A stretch of 64,000 nt of DNA from contig LSRY02000011.1 in NCBI GenBank assembly GCA_001643675.2, forward strand, positions 1,550,001-1,614,000, in the 5' to 3' direction. The notes under the pieces are model-generated. The model saw nothing but the letters and a program-made list of their open reading frames with translations, searched no databases and had not been told where the DNA came from. The stretch comes from Monocercomonoides exilis PA203 (lineage: Eukaryota > Protista > Preaxostyla). Positions 41,501-53,800 of this stretch are shown piece after piece (the stretch's first letter is position 1; each line of letters opens with the position of its first letter). Position numbers and translations under genes: made by a program.

Positions 41501-42709
41501 AGCTACTCTGATTCACCTTCGAATTCTTCTGAGAAACGCTGTTTGGGGTGCTTTTGCTGTAGTTATTATCATATTTGTTCAAAGATTGCGGGATGCCCCA
41601 GCTCTTCCTCTCGAAAAGAGGAAGGAGAAAATACACAAAGAACATTGAAATCTTCAGTCGAAATGAAGATTGAATAAATTGTAATTGCGATTCTGTGTTT
41701 TCGCGTGCGAAGGTCATTTTGATCATATCAGTGAAGAATGCATTGATTGGATGTGCGTGTGGAATAAGAGTGACGATGATGTATTGGAGAAGGCTGTTCA
41801 GATAGTATCCTTCAACAGCGCTGTCTCTGGTGAAGAGCTCGTTTATAGAGAGCATCGCTGGAGCACTGAGATTGGCAGAAGGCGAGAAATGCTCGCGAAA
41901 ATGAAGAGTTTTCGCCTTCAGCCTCAGCATTTTTCTTCCCTGATCGTTCTCTGGTGAGAGAGAAAACGAGGGATGGTATTGGGAAAGGGGAGTTGGAGTC
42001 ATCTCTGCTTCTGCTTCTTTCTCAGGGAAATAGCCTTTCTTCGACATTCCTGGCTGGGTTCCTGAGTAATACAAGCGAAGCTGCTCGTTCTTTGGCAGTA
42101 TGACTCGGTGGCACGCAAGTGACAAAAGAGACAAATCAACAGCGATGGGAAACGAGCCACATGAATTGATTTTGTCTGCAGAAGAAAAAGAAAGCGAGGA
42201 CGAAGAAGCATTTTTTTCTGTTGGGTCTGAAGCGGGCTCTGTTTCATTGCTAACTGAATGATACTTCCTTGTGCAATGTGCTCTAATGTATGGAACAAAA
42301 GGAAGATGAGTGCCATTTGTGCTCTGTGTGTTATTATCTGTCTGAGATGATGGCCACCTCGCATTATTCAGCGAGCAGCATATCTTCATACCTCCAGCTT
42401 CTGTGCCAATGCACCTTTTATTTGAAGCACTTTCAGAAGTATTTGCAGTGTCATTGCTAATGCTCAACTGTTTGCCCTGCAAATCGCTGTTTGAAAATCC
42501 TAATCTCTTTCTTTTGATAGCTTCGTCCAAAACCCATCCGCACGCGCTACCCAGCAGGTCCATTCCGCCTCGATTGACAAACATCAGCAGAACAAGAAGA
42601 GTTGGCGAGGGTTTGGGGGTGGCTGGGTGCGGATCCTTCTGAAATCGCTCCAAATAATCGCTTTCTGATGATGACGAAGACGAGTCCTGTTGATCGTGCG
42701 ACGAACGAT
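8532..42709 (-). CDS. HUWE1: Terminal exon of the giant HECT ligase (34,178 nt; contains UBA, UIM, UBMs and HECT)
   Basis: The 11373-aa ORF starts at a TTG, and the frame stays open upstream to the acceptor ...caattattcactcAG at 42710. The HECT domain is unambiguous. Confidence 0.95.
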
Positions 42710-45700
42710 CTGAGTGAATAATTGAAAAGAAATTGAAAAAGAAATATATTTATAAGTTATTCAATGAAATATCATGAAAGGGTGAAATATATGAAACGAA
42801 TATTTTTCAGATTAATTGTAAAAAAAAGAAAATAAAAAAAAGTCAATTGAATCTTTTTGTTGTTCCAAACGTTTTTTCTTTTCAGCCTTTTTTTGTTTCA
42901 ATAGGATTGCGAAATTTTGCATGACTTTTGCGTTCTCATTAGGCGAGCGATAAAGAAAAGAAGATGAAAGGAAAAGAGACCGAGTAATGAGTGGAATAAT
43001 GTAATGAAGATATGCTGAGTGCGATGACACAAGCAGCAAACGGGAGGAAGGCGAAACGGTAGAAAGAGAAGGGTTTTGAGTTATGTCTAACGAAGAAGAA
43101 GAGGAGGAGGAGGAATATAAATGAGCTGGTGAGTCGACATCATAATTTGAGATGTATAAATGAAGTGGGATCGTTTTGTATAATTCTTCTTGAAGAATAA
43201 AAGATTCCTGGTTTATTGCAGACTTCCATTCACAATAAGAAGATGAAGAGGCGCAATTTCTTTTCATCTTTTTCTTTTCTTCCTTCCTTCCTTTCGGTTT
43301 TTCTTTCTTGTTCTCATTGAAATCTTCTTCACAGCTCTTTACTTCAGGCTGGTGAAGATGAATATTATTCTTCTTCCGAGCTGCCTTCAAATCCTTATTG
43401 CTCTCATATTTGGATTCTTGCGCTTCAACTTCGTCAACTGTCTTGATGTCTGTCTTTGGCGACATTGGATCAAAAGCCAACAGCTGTGTCAGACAATGGC
43501 TGATAACCAGACTCAGCTGCTCACTCTCCACTTTATATGGAACAAATGCGAGCGTGTCAACGTAAGTGTCGTATTGTTGATTGTGCTTCATTGAGCGGAA
43601 GGAAGAAGAGGAAGAGGAAGTAGAAGACTGGTTTGAATGAGTGAACCTCAGCTTCTGGCTTGTTGGTGAGATGCCAAATGATATGATGGAGCAGCAAATC
43701 TTGATGGCTTTTTCAAACAGTTGAGGAATCATCGAAAGACGAACTGAAATTGACTCAATCAAAAGTCGAGCGGTGGGTGGAAGTGCAAAGGGAACATATG
43801 CAAACAACGGCTTCGTCTTAGATTCGCGGTCTTTACTGCTCGAAGAAGGAATCCTGTAATCATTTTGTGATTCATTTTCTATGTTGTGCTGAGTATCATG
43901 CAAACATTCTGGTGTTCTGTCGTTCTCTGAGTCTGCAGAAATAGTTTTTTCCTTTTCAACACCGCATATTTCATTTATTCTCCTTGAAGAATCAGTTGCT
44001 CTTTGCTCACAGCCATCAGCATCCTCAGAAGAAGCAGCATCAATTTCATCCATTTCTGATTTATTTGCTTTTGAACTTGCATCAAAATTGAGTGCAGATT
44101 TATCTTCTTCTTCGCTCGCATCGCATTCAGCTTCGTCCTCAAAGTCCATCGGAGATAGTCTCATCGGAATCCAGAAGAGTTTCATAGAAGCCGACGATAC
44201 ATTCAGCATCGTCTGCCACCACGTTGCAAACTGCACAACGCCAACAAGCGACAGCAGCAAATGGCAAACAAGAGTCATGTTGATCTCGCACAGCCTGTGT
44301 AAAAGCGTTGGGTGGGGTTTGCAGGGGTCATACTCAGGAATGACAACTGGATAAACAGGGTTTGTGGCTGAGGGTGCAACTTCTCTTTGGTTCTTGTTGT
44401 TTGGTGATTGTTGCATAGATGACTGAAGTGGAGTAGCTGGTGATTGTGAAGAGATGGATGATTGCGGATTTGCATTTGTGTTGGGCTTATTGCCCTGTGG
44501 TGTGGATTGAGCACAAGATGGAATGTTGATTATTCTGAATGGAAACGGCCACAGACGAGATGAAGGCGGGACAGAAGTAGGGAAAATTGAAGGTGTGAGA
44601 ATAGATTCGTCTGTCAGAATGCACAAACAAGAGAGGAGTCGGGTGAGCTGCTCTTCAAGCACGAATATTCGACCTGTTCGGAACAAATGGAAAAGATCGA
44701 AGGAAAGTGAAATGTCTGTCAAAATACGGTTCAGTGGTGTGTTTGACGTGAAGTGCTGATATGGATCACATGAAGGAAATGACGGTGTATGAATATCAAA
44801 TGGTGAAGAAGGAGAGGAGGAAGAAGAAGAAGAATGAGGTGTGGACGCAGTGGAAGAGTGATGTGGCGTTTGCTGTTGTGAATGCAAGTGAGGTGAAACG
44901 ATGGGCATCAATGGTTTGGCCTGTGTAGAGTTGAAAGTGAATGTTTTCTGCGAATGAGAAAAGGGCAGTGCTTCATTCTGTGGTTGAGAAGGAGATAATG
45001 CTGTCTGCGAAGAGAAAAGCGAGAACACAGATGAATTAGCAGGTGTTTGCAGAGGAGCTGTTGAAGAAGGAAGATCGTCTTGCATTGCACACGTGTTGCT
45101 AACTTCAACATCCATCTTCTGCCAATCGGCTGTTTTGTCGCTGTCATCTATTTGACTTGAAATGGCACTATTATCACTCTCTTTATCCTCCTCCATCGAT
45201 TCATTCAATTCATCTTTCATCAGTTTTTTCTTTCTGTTTGGTTGTATCCTTTCGAATATGCCTGGGATAATCCCCACACCATCCTCAGTCACCCAGCCTC
45301 CCTTCAGCAGCTCGCTAATCACAATGGCGCCTCTTCTGCCTTCTCTCAACTCTTCTGCCAGCGCCTCCGCAGACAAGCGCACAACAGTAAACAGAAACGA
45401 GGCAATGCATTTGTGCTCTTGTGAGCTAAGTGTGTTTTCGATGAGTGTTACAAGAACAGAAGGTGCATCGATTTGGACGGATTCTGAGAGGGAAAGTGGA
45501 ATGCGAGCTAATTCGCTTGTGGGCGGAATGAATGCGATTGGCAGAGAAAGGGATTGGAGAGTGTAGGAGTCAGCAGACGCAAAAGAGAAGTTTTCATCCA
45601 AGTTGATATCCACGCCAGTCATGGGCACATCTGTCTCTTTCAACGACAGATGCTTTGTGTTTTGAATGAAGACGGATTCCTCGTCATCTCCTTCGATCAA

Positions 45701-48700
45701 AAACGACATCAGTGCGCGAGATGATGGGGTGTGAAGGAATGAAGAAGAAAAACCAGCAATTTCACTCAGTTTTGACTGAACATCATTGACAGTGCATTGA
45801 CTATCAGAAGAAGGACTATCATTCTCGTTTTCTTTTGCATGTGTCACTTCAATGGCAAACGAGGACTTTGAAGAAAAATATCGATACAGACCAAATGGAA
45901 CAAATGTTTCATTTGAAGAAGTTTGTCTCATCGCTCTTTGAGCATTCATGCGTTCATTGCCTGTTTTCTGACCACACGAAGTAGAATAGCATTTTTCTTC
46001 ATTCTTTTTCTGTTGTTTTTTCGCAACTTCTCTCCTTTTCCCATCGATTTCATCGTCGTACAATGATGAAAAGCCTACAGATACCTCAGACCATCTCACT
46101 CCTGGTGAGAGAAGCAGCACAAGCAAATAGTGCAGTGTGCGCTTGCTGAACGTGAGTGGTGGAGCGGGCATCGGAACAGCCTCGTTCGAGCTGATCTCCC
46201 CGTCGTACTCCAAAGCGCCTGGACCAATCATAATGCGGTTGGTTTGATTTTGGATGTGCTGTGCTGTCATCAAAGGATTTGGCGAATGGTCTTCCCTCAC
46301 AAAACTCGCTGGTTGCGCAAACGGTGTTTCTTGTTGCACCCATTCCCGGTTCTTGCTGAAAGTGTACAGCAGCTTGGCGTCTGTGCTGAAGCAAAATAGA
46401 CACAAGCTGACAAGTCGCTTGACAACCACTGAAACGTCTGGCATGCCAGACGGAAATCGTTCTCTGTATGAAGTCGGTCTTTGAATACCATCATCGTCTT
46501 CGTCCAGAGAGCTGGGCTCATCTGAACTTGTTTTAGAAGATGCCAGAGATGGCGGTGTTAACAATACCGATGACGTTACTTCTTTTTCATCTTTATCTTC
46601 CTTTTCTGTAATAGTCGTTGACTGAATTGTTTCATCGTTCTTTTCAGAAGACGACAAACTCGTTTTTCTGTTCATAGAATTTTTCCTTGCCAATCTTTCT
46701 GCCCTTCGTTCTCTTTCATTTATCAACAGCGCAAGCATCTTCTGTTCTCTGCTTTCTTTGTCTTCTGTCAACGAAACATTCCACTCGCACACAACATTCA
46801 CTGCATCGATCAGCGCATCTTCGCCTGCCATGCCTGAGTTAGTCAGCAGCCTCCAGATGCGGTACAGAAGAACAATCTCAACTGCTCCTGTGGTTGTTTC
46901 TTCTTCGGGACATCTGTGGAATGAAAGGAAATATTGTGCAATTGTTGTGTTTTGCGGTAATTGATTGTTTGATGAAGAAACTGAAGAATTCACGTTAGAA
47001 CAAGAATTTGAGCCGTTTGCTGCTTTTTGTGTGGAAGCGTTCTTTGCAGATGATAAAGCTTGTGTCGAAGTTGATGAAGAAAGTGCTTGATTTCCCGAAA
47101 CATGTGGTAAAGTTCCGCGATTCTCAGTAACTGTCGAATTCACATTTTTAAGCATTCCCTCACTTTTTGTACTGTTTTTCTCTTTGAGCATTTCGTATGC
47201 GTTTCCGTGCAGCTGCTTAAACACAAGGGCATACTTCCGTGCGCCTGGAGAAGAAAGCGCCAGATGGAGCTGCTTACCGCGTTTCCGGGCTTTCTCTTCT
47301 GAACGAGTCAGGCGCGGGTAGATGAACAGCGCCATCAAAAGGTGCAAGATGGGAACAAGGGTGGATGCACGATACGAATGCATTCTGTTCAAAAGAGCTG
47401 TTGTCAGAGTGTGGAGCAATGAAGAAGTGAAATAGGAATGAACAGAAAGGCCAGGGATGGTCAAGGCAGACAGCAGCAGAGACGGCATGAAGTCTGCATG
47501 GTATATTTGGAGCATTGACTCCTTCGCAAACAAGCTGTAGGCTGCATGGAAATGGTTTTCGTCTGAAAATTCGGAGCAGTTTATCAGTCCCCATTCTTTT
47601 GGATAGGGAGTCATGTCTGTTGAGAAATGCAGCTTAATTGCCTCCAACGTCCTTCTTGTCATTGATATGACTGGCTTTATAAATTCTGGTACATCGGAAG
47701 CAGATGAATTTGAACGTATCTGGTGATTTCTTCCTCCTTCTGATGATTCTTTTGAGCGAGATTTGCCTAAGTTAGGTTGCGTTAGAGAACTATATACAGG
47801 GCGTGATGGTTGATAAAGTAAGTTCTGATTTTGTGGTTGAAACGAAACATCATCGAAGGGATGATGATTCTGCTGCAAATGATTAAAAGGTGGATGAAAA
47901 TAACTCGAATCCGTTTGCTGGCTTGCTGATGATCCTGAGCCAAATAAAAATGAATCAGGGAGTGTAGATAGCATTCGTCCGTCTTTGCCTTTTGAGCTAT
48001 CGTTGCTTGAACTGTCTGTTGTGCCTTTTTCGTTTGTCACTCTGTTTGCCGGAGGTGGAGTGATTAAAAACAAAGGCGAGAAAAATGCCAGTCCGCAGTC
48101 AACGGGAGAGCCAAAGATGTGAGTAGCGAGTTGAGTGAGAGGAGTAACAAGATGTTGAAGTTTTTGGCATTGCTTGTCATCTTTGGTGTGTGCACCTTTT
48201 GATGAAGAAGTGCTCAATGAAGCTGGATTGGAATAATCTGCTGCAGTCTTTATGAGCTCAACTGATTTTTCTGATTCGCAAAATTCTGAAGCAACACTTG
48301 AATCCTTTTGTATTTCTGTCAATGCAATGTTTGATCCAGTGTTGAAATTTCCCTCCTCAAGATTTACAAGCATATCGTCGTTGCAGTAAACATCAGGGTT
48401 ATTTTTGGTGCTCGGAAGAACAACAAGATTCAGTGAGTCGAAAGGCGGTGGAGGTATAAATGGCAGAGTCGCATTCATAGTGACTATCCTCTTTATGCTT
48501 ATCAGAATGTTACCAGTTGTAATCTCTGACAGAAAATTCGATTGATCAATTCCAAACATGCTCATTAGCTGCTTTGGTGTGAGCATTTGTTGATCAGTTG
48601 ATTTTGATGATGCTGATGTTGGTGTTGCTTCTGATGTCAATGCTGGTTTTTTCACTTCCTTCGTATTTAATCCTGATGGTGACAATGCAACAGCTGAAGC

Positions 48701-50816
48701 AGAATCCTTGTCGACTGAAGAGTCTGCAGCCTGCTTCTGAGAAGATGCTTTTTGAGATTGAGTCGTTTGCTGCTTCCTCATCTTTGAGAATGCAGGTGTA
48801 ATCTTCATAAATTCGTTTGCCCCTAGCAGGAACGCGTAATTCTGAAGTGTTGGAACATCTGTTTCCTTGTTGATGTAACAGCAAACCCTGCATTTCTGTT
48901 TAATTGTTTCATTCTCTTCATCTTTTTCCTTTTTATTTTGTGTGTTCTTTGAAGTGTCTTTGGTTGATTGCTTTTCATCTGCATGGTTTTCATCCTTCAA
49001 GCCATTGATGTTTGAAGTTTCATTCAAATCTGATTGAGGGGCATTTGAATGTGATGATTCAATTCCATCAATTGTTTTGCTCATCTCTTGAGAATCACTT
49101 TCGGTATGATCCTCATTTTTATGGTCTTCAGAAGAAACTGCTATTTCTTTCGAAGCTTTCGCATCTCCTTCGAATGAACTCTTTTTATTATCTGATTCGG
49201 AAGTTGATGAAATTCTTGTGTCCTTTGTTTCGATTTCTTTGTCCATTTTCTGATATTCTTCTGTATCATCAGAAGGGCTGTAATCTTCTTTCCACATAAC
49301 GAGATTGGCTGAGTGGTACATGTCCAGCAGCCGCGGAAGCATAAACGGCAGAAGGAGCGGACTTTTGTGCGAATAGACGACCACATCCCGCACAAGCGCG
49401 AAAATCATCACGAGCAATTTCTGTGTGAAAGCCTTCTGCTGCGACGGAAACAGAAGAGGAGAGCAAGACGAAAGGGAAATCGGGTTGCAGTGCTGAAAGT
49501 TCACCAGTGTTTGTGTTCTTGAGGTATTATTTAATGCCTCGCCAGAAGCCTTTCGTGGAAAGAACGTGCTGTGTAGAGACGCAGGGGCTGGAAAATCGGT
49601 GGATGAGATGGGAGGCATCAGATTCTCTGGCTGAAGAGAGCGCATAATTGTAAGTGCGGCTGAAACTGTGGGGAATGCTCTGTTTAACTGGAACAACGGT
49701 CGAAACTTTTCTGGATATATTCGACGAGTCAAAGAAGAAGAGTGGTTTTTGCGTGAACGGTTTGAAGAAGTAATCTCAGAGCAATAAAACTTTTCTTTTG
49801 TTGCTTCATCGATTCTCTTTTCTTTAGCAGTAAGATGATCACCAAGCTCACGTTTTTGAGCCTGATGAGCTGGGATGGCAGAATTTGAATCTTCAGTTAA
49901 TTTATCTGTCGAATCGCTCTCTTTGTGTGCCAGCTCTTCAGTATTATTATTACACTTTTGGTGCTTGCAATTTGCTTTCCATTCTTCATGTGCTTCGTTC
50001 TGTCTCTTTTCTCTCTCTTCAGCTTCCCTTTGGAACATAAACCCGCACATGCACATCTGCTCCAGCAGCCACCACCATCCGTCTGTCAGCCCCAGAGACA
50101 GACTTAACTTGACAGGGCACAGGTTGAACAGAGCAATCAGAAACTCCACAGCCGAAGGGAAGAGCATCTGGGAGAAGAGAGGGGAAGGGGTGCTTAGCAG
50201 GTATGAGAGCAGTTGGATTGGACTGATGTATTTTGATTGGCTGTTGTAAAGCGAAGAAAGAGGAGATTGTGTCTGGTTGGTGAAAAGATGAAGAGGAGGC
50301 ATTCCCAACAGAGGATGGTGGATGCATTGATGAGTGTGTGAAGAATCTGCAGGACTTGCTTGTGAATGATTTGAGTCTTCTGAGATGTCTTCTTTTTTCT
50401 CTGTTAAGGTATTGTTTGCGCAGTCTGCTTGGGTGATTCCATTTTGTTCTGTGATATTTATCTCCATTTTGTTCGATGTATTTATTTCCTTCTCTGCAAT
50501 TTCTTGTTTCTCTATGCTTTCCATCAGTTGAGAAATTCCTGTTCTCATATTCATCAGAGCTGGGGGTAGAGGAAGATTAAGAGTCGAGTCAAAGTCTGGG
50601 GGTGTAGATGTGAATGTGGTGGATGGGAAGATATGTGGGAAAATCAAACGAGAAAGTGGAAAATTAACATCTGCTCTTCTCTTTTCAATTGCTTGGTCTG
50701 AAGAGTTGTTCAGGTGTGCTTTCTGCTGAGAAATGCTTTGAATGAATGAATGTGAGTTGCTTGATAAAGTCGAAGAAGAAGAAGAAGAAGAAGAAGAAGA
50801 AGAAGAAGAAGAAGAA

Positions 50817-50867
<51 letters not shown>

Positions 50868-53800
50868 ACGCTTGAATTTCTGTTAACTTCATGTGAGCAA
50901 CTTTCTTTTTCGTTGTTGTCTGTTTCCATCTGATTGGTTTTACTTGATCTATCCAAATAATCTTCGTTAATTCTTTCCCTCGCATTTTGAGCTTCTCTCC
51001 TCAAAATCTCGTGGCTGTGGTAGATCCACATGTCTGTCTTATTGACCACTCTCACCCATTCCTCTTCATTTCGCATCATCTCGTCTATCTTCAGTGGAGA
51101 CGCCTGTGCAGAGAAAGGGGGAGGGTTGCACAGCTTGGCGACTCCGACGAAGTTTGTGGTGTTGTCTGGCGACTTGCAGTATGTGCAGCATCGGAGGCAT
51201 GTTGACAGATCGTCGATGTCATACGGAAGCTGCCTCAGGTCGAGCTGGGTGGTGGATGGCTCTTCGGGCTGCGACCGCAGAAGAGTCGTCGCCGAAAAGA
51301 AGTAAGAAGCCGTTTGGGTAAACCTCACAAACGGCGGCATGGAGATTATTGGCTGATTGGCTGGCTGAAGTTCAGGAAGTGCTTCATCATCTGAAATGAG
51401 AGGCGAAGATGAGGCTGAAGTTGATGTGGAGTTTGCAGGAGCTTCTGATAAAAATGAATGCATTGCAGCTGGTGAAGCTGCTGAAGATGCGCTTTCTCCG
51501 TCTTTGCATTCTCTTCCAATTATATCTTTGGTTGAATGAATATCGCCGTTTAACTCAGAAAACGACTGTGAGGCGATTTGAGCTGCAAAATCGCGAGAAA
51601 GCGAAGGGATACTGTGGATGTAGCTGTCGAGTGTGTGCGAAACAGCAGACATGTCACACAAGTTCTTGAAGGCTTTTGTGTTTGCGACTGAACCACACAA
51701 ACGTTTGACTGCTGCAATTGTTTCCTTTGAGGCTGGAGAAGAAACAATACTTGGGTCAATCGATATGTCAAAGGATGAGTGCGAAAAGCCATCTTTTTTG
51801 ATGGGGCTACCATTGACTGAATCAAAAAACACCTCCAATGGCTCGTTGAGGAACTGTAAATGGACATCTCGAAAACTGCCTTTAGAGTAATTCTGCGCAG
51901 TCAGTGTGTTCAAATTCGGCTTGTTGCTTTCGTTGTCTTTGGATGATTTTGCAGAAGATGAATACTGAGACGCAGAAGCAGCTGTCTTTGCAGAAGACGG
52001 GCAGCTTTTTGGGAGTGTGACAGGAACATTCTGATCGTGTTTGTAGTTCACAAAGGCAAAAATGTTCTGAATCAGATAGAATGTGTTCAAGCAATATGTC
52101 TCGTCCCGCAGAAAGATCGGGAGACACTGCAAAAATGTGCTCATCAGAGACAAAAATGAAGACGTCACAGACAAGGCAGACATGACTGGCGATGAATTCA
52201 GCGCAAGAACAGGCACAAATCGTGGTGAATGCGTTTGTGTGTTTCCGTTTTCAGACACAGAAGCAGAAGAATTAATAAGATTTTGTGTGGAAGAGCATTC
52301 ATCTTCTTTCGACTGGCATTCGATGAAAAAGGCTGATGGCTGTTTCTCGCTGGAGATGAGAGGAAGAGCCAATGCGCTGTTCACTGAGAAAAGAGACTGA
52401 GGGTTTATGATTTGAGTGTCTGAAGGCAAATCGACAAAAAGAGAATGACTTTCTTTAATCTCCCTGAAACAGTTGGATCGAAAGTGTTTGTTCTCTTCAT
52501 TGTTTTTTGTGCTTAAATGCTCACTGATATCTGTATATTTTTCCAACTCTTGATTTTCTGGTGTTGTTTTTGATGAAAAAGAAGGCAGCATTTCTATTTG
52601 ATGTTGTGTCTCTTCATCAAGAAACAAGAATTGGCGCAGTCTGTCAATCGTTTGGAAAGAAGGAGCTTTTGCTGGTGATTTTTCTGTGAATGAATAAAGA
52701 TCTATCTTTTGAGAATCTTGGCATCCTGTTGAATTCACCATTAAACAAGAAGCTGAAGAAGAAGAGGAAGAAGAAGAAGAATTATCGCCTGCTGGTACGG
52801 TTGACTGAGAATGTGAAAGTGTTGCTTTCACTTCTTTCTGCTCCTTCTCAAATGCAGGCATCATAAAGTTCAACAAAAGCGATGCTGGAGCAGCAAAGAA
52901 CCGGGTGTACGTCTGATAGTTGCACTTGTTGAAGATGGAAGGGATGAATGAGAGCAAAGGGCAGCGCTGGCGAAAAAATGAGGCAGATTCGCTTTGAGAT
53001 GGCAAAGGCTTTGGAAGTGGTGATGAGGATGGAGGTGAAGAGGAGGAAGAGGAAGAAGAAGTAGTTGTAGTAGATGATGATGATGTTGTTGTTGTTGTTG
53101 TTGATGTTGATGTTGATGTTGTTGATGATGATGATGATGATTGCTGATTAGAGCCCGTCTGTTTTTGCTGCACAGGATTGTTTGAAGCTGTAACTCCATT
53201 CGGTGTCTGAATCACACCAGGCAGCAATTCACGAAGAGATGTTTCCAATTGTGATTTCATCGCAGTTAATATCAGACTCACGAAAAATGGATGTGTTTTC
53301 TCGCACTGCAGAATCTCAGTCACGCGAATGGAGATTAGCGATGGATCTGAATCAGCAATAGAAGGGACCAGAGATTTATATGAGTCAAATGACCTGGTGG
53401 AAGAACCACTTAATTCTGAAGATGAATGTGCTGAGTCTTGTGTAAAATGCAATGGAATAGTATCGTAATCTGTGTTTTCCTTCAAAAATGAGCTCTTTGA
53501 AGCATCTTCATCGGATTGCATCATCGAAATATTTGAAGGAGGGACAGCCAACAATTTCTGAGGCCCACTCTCTTTCGGACAGCGAAAAACAGACGGCGAG
53601 CAGAACTGCAGCATCATCAAGCAGTTTGCCGCAATCAACTCCCGCATTGGACAAGAAAGGATATCAAACGGGGAAGTTTTTAATGAGTACTGTTGAAGAT
53701 AAAGAGTTTTGCGGTTGGAATATGGAGCAATCAAATCTAAGGGATGGACCCAGCCCTGTGAAACTGTGGATTTAAGTAGATATAAAGAAGAGCAATAACT

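Noticed and set aside
42660-42870. Frameshift, pseudogenisation or stop-codon reassignment explaining the ORF break
   Set aside because: An AT-rich GT-AG intron with matching phase explains the break, and TAR codons act as stops elsewhere.
50710-50985. Poly-His/poly-Leu and poly-Glu/Asp ORFs
   Set aside because: Alternative frames of the (GAA)(GAT) microsatellite.
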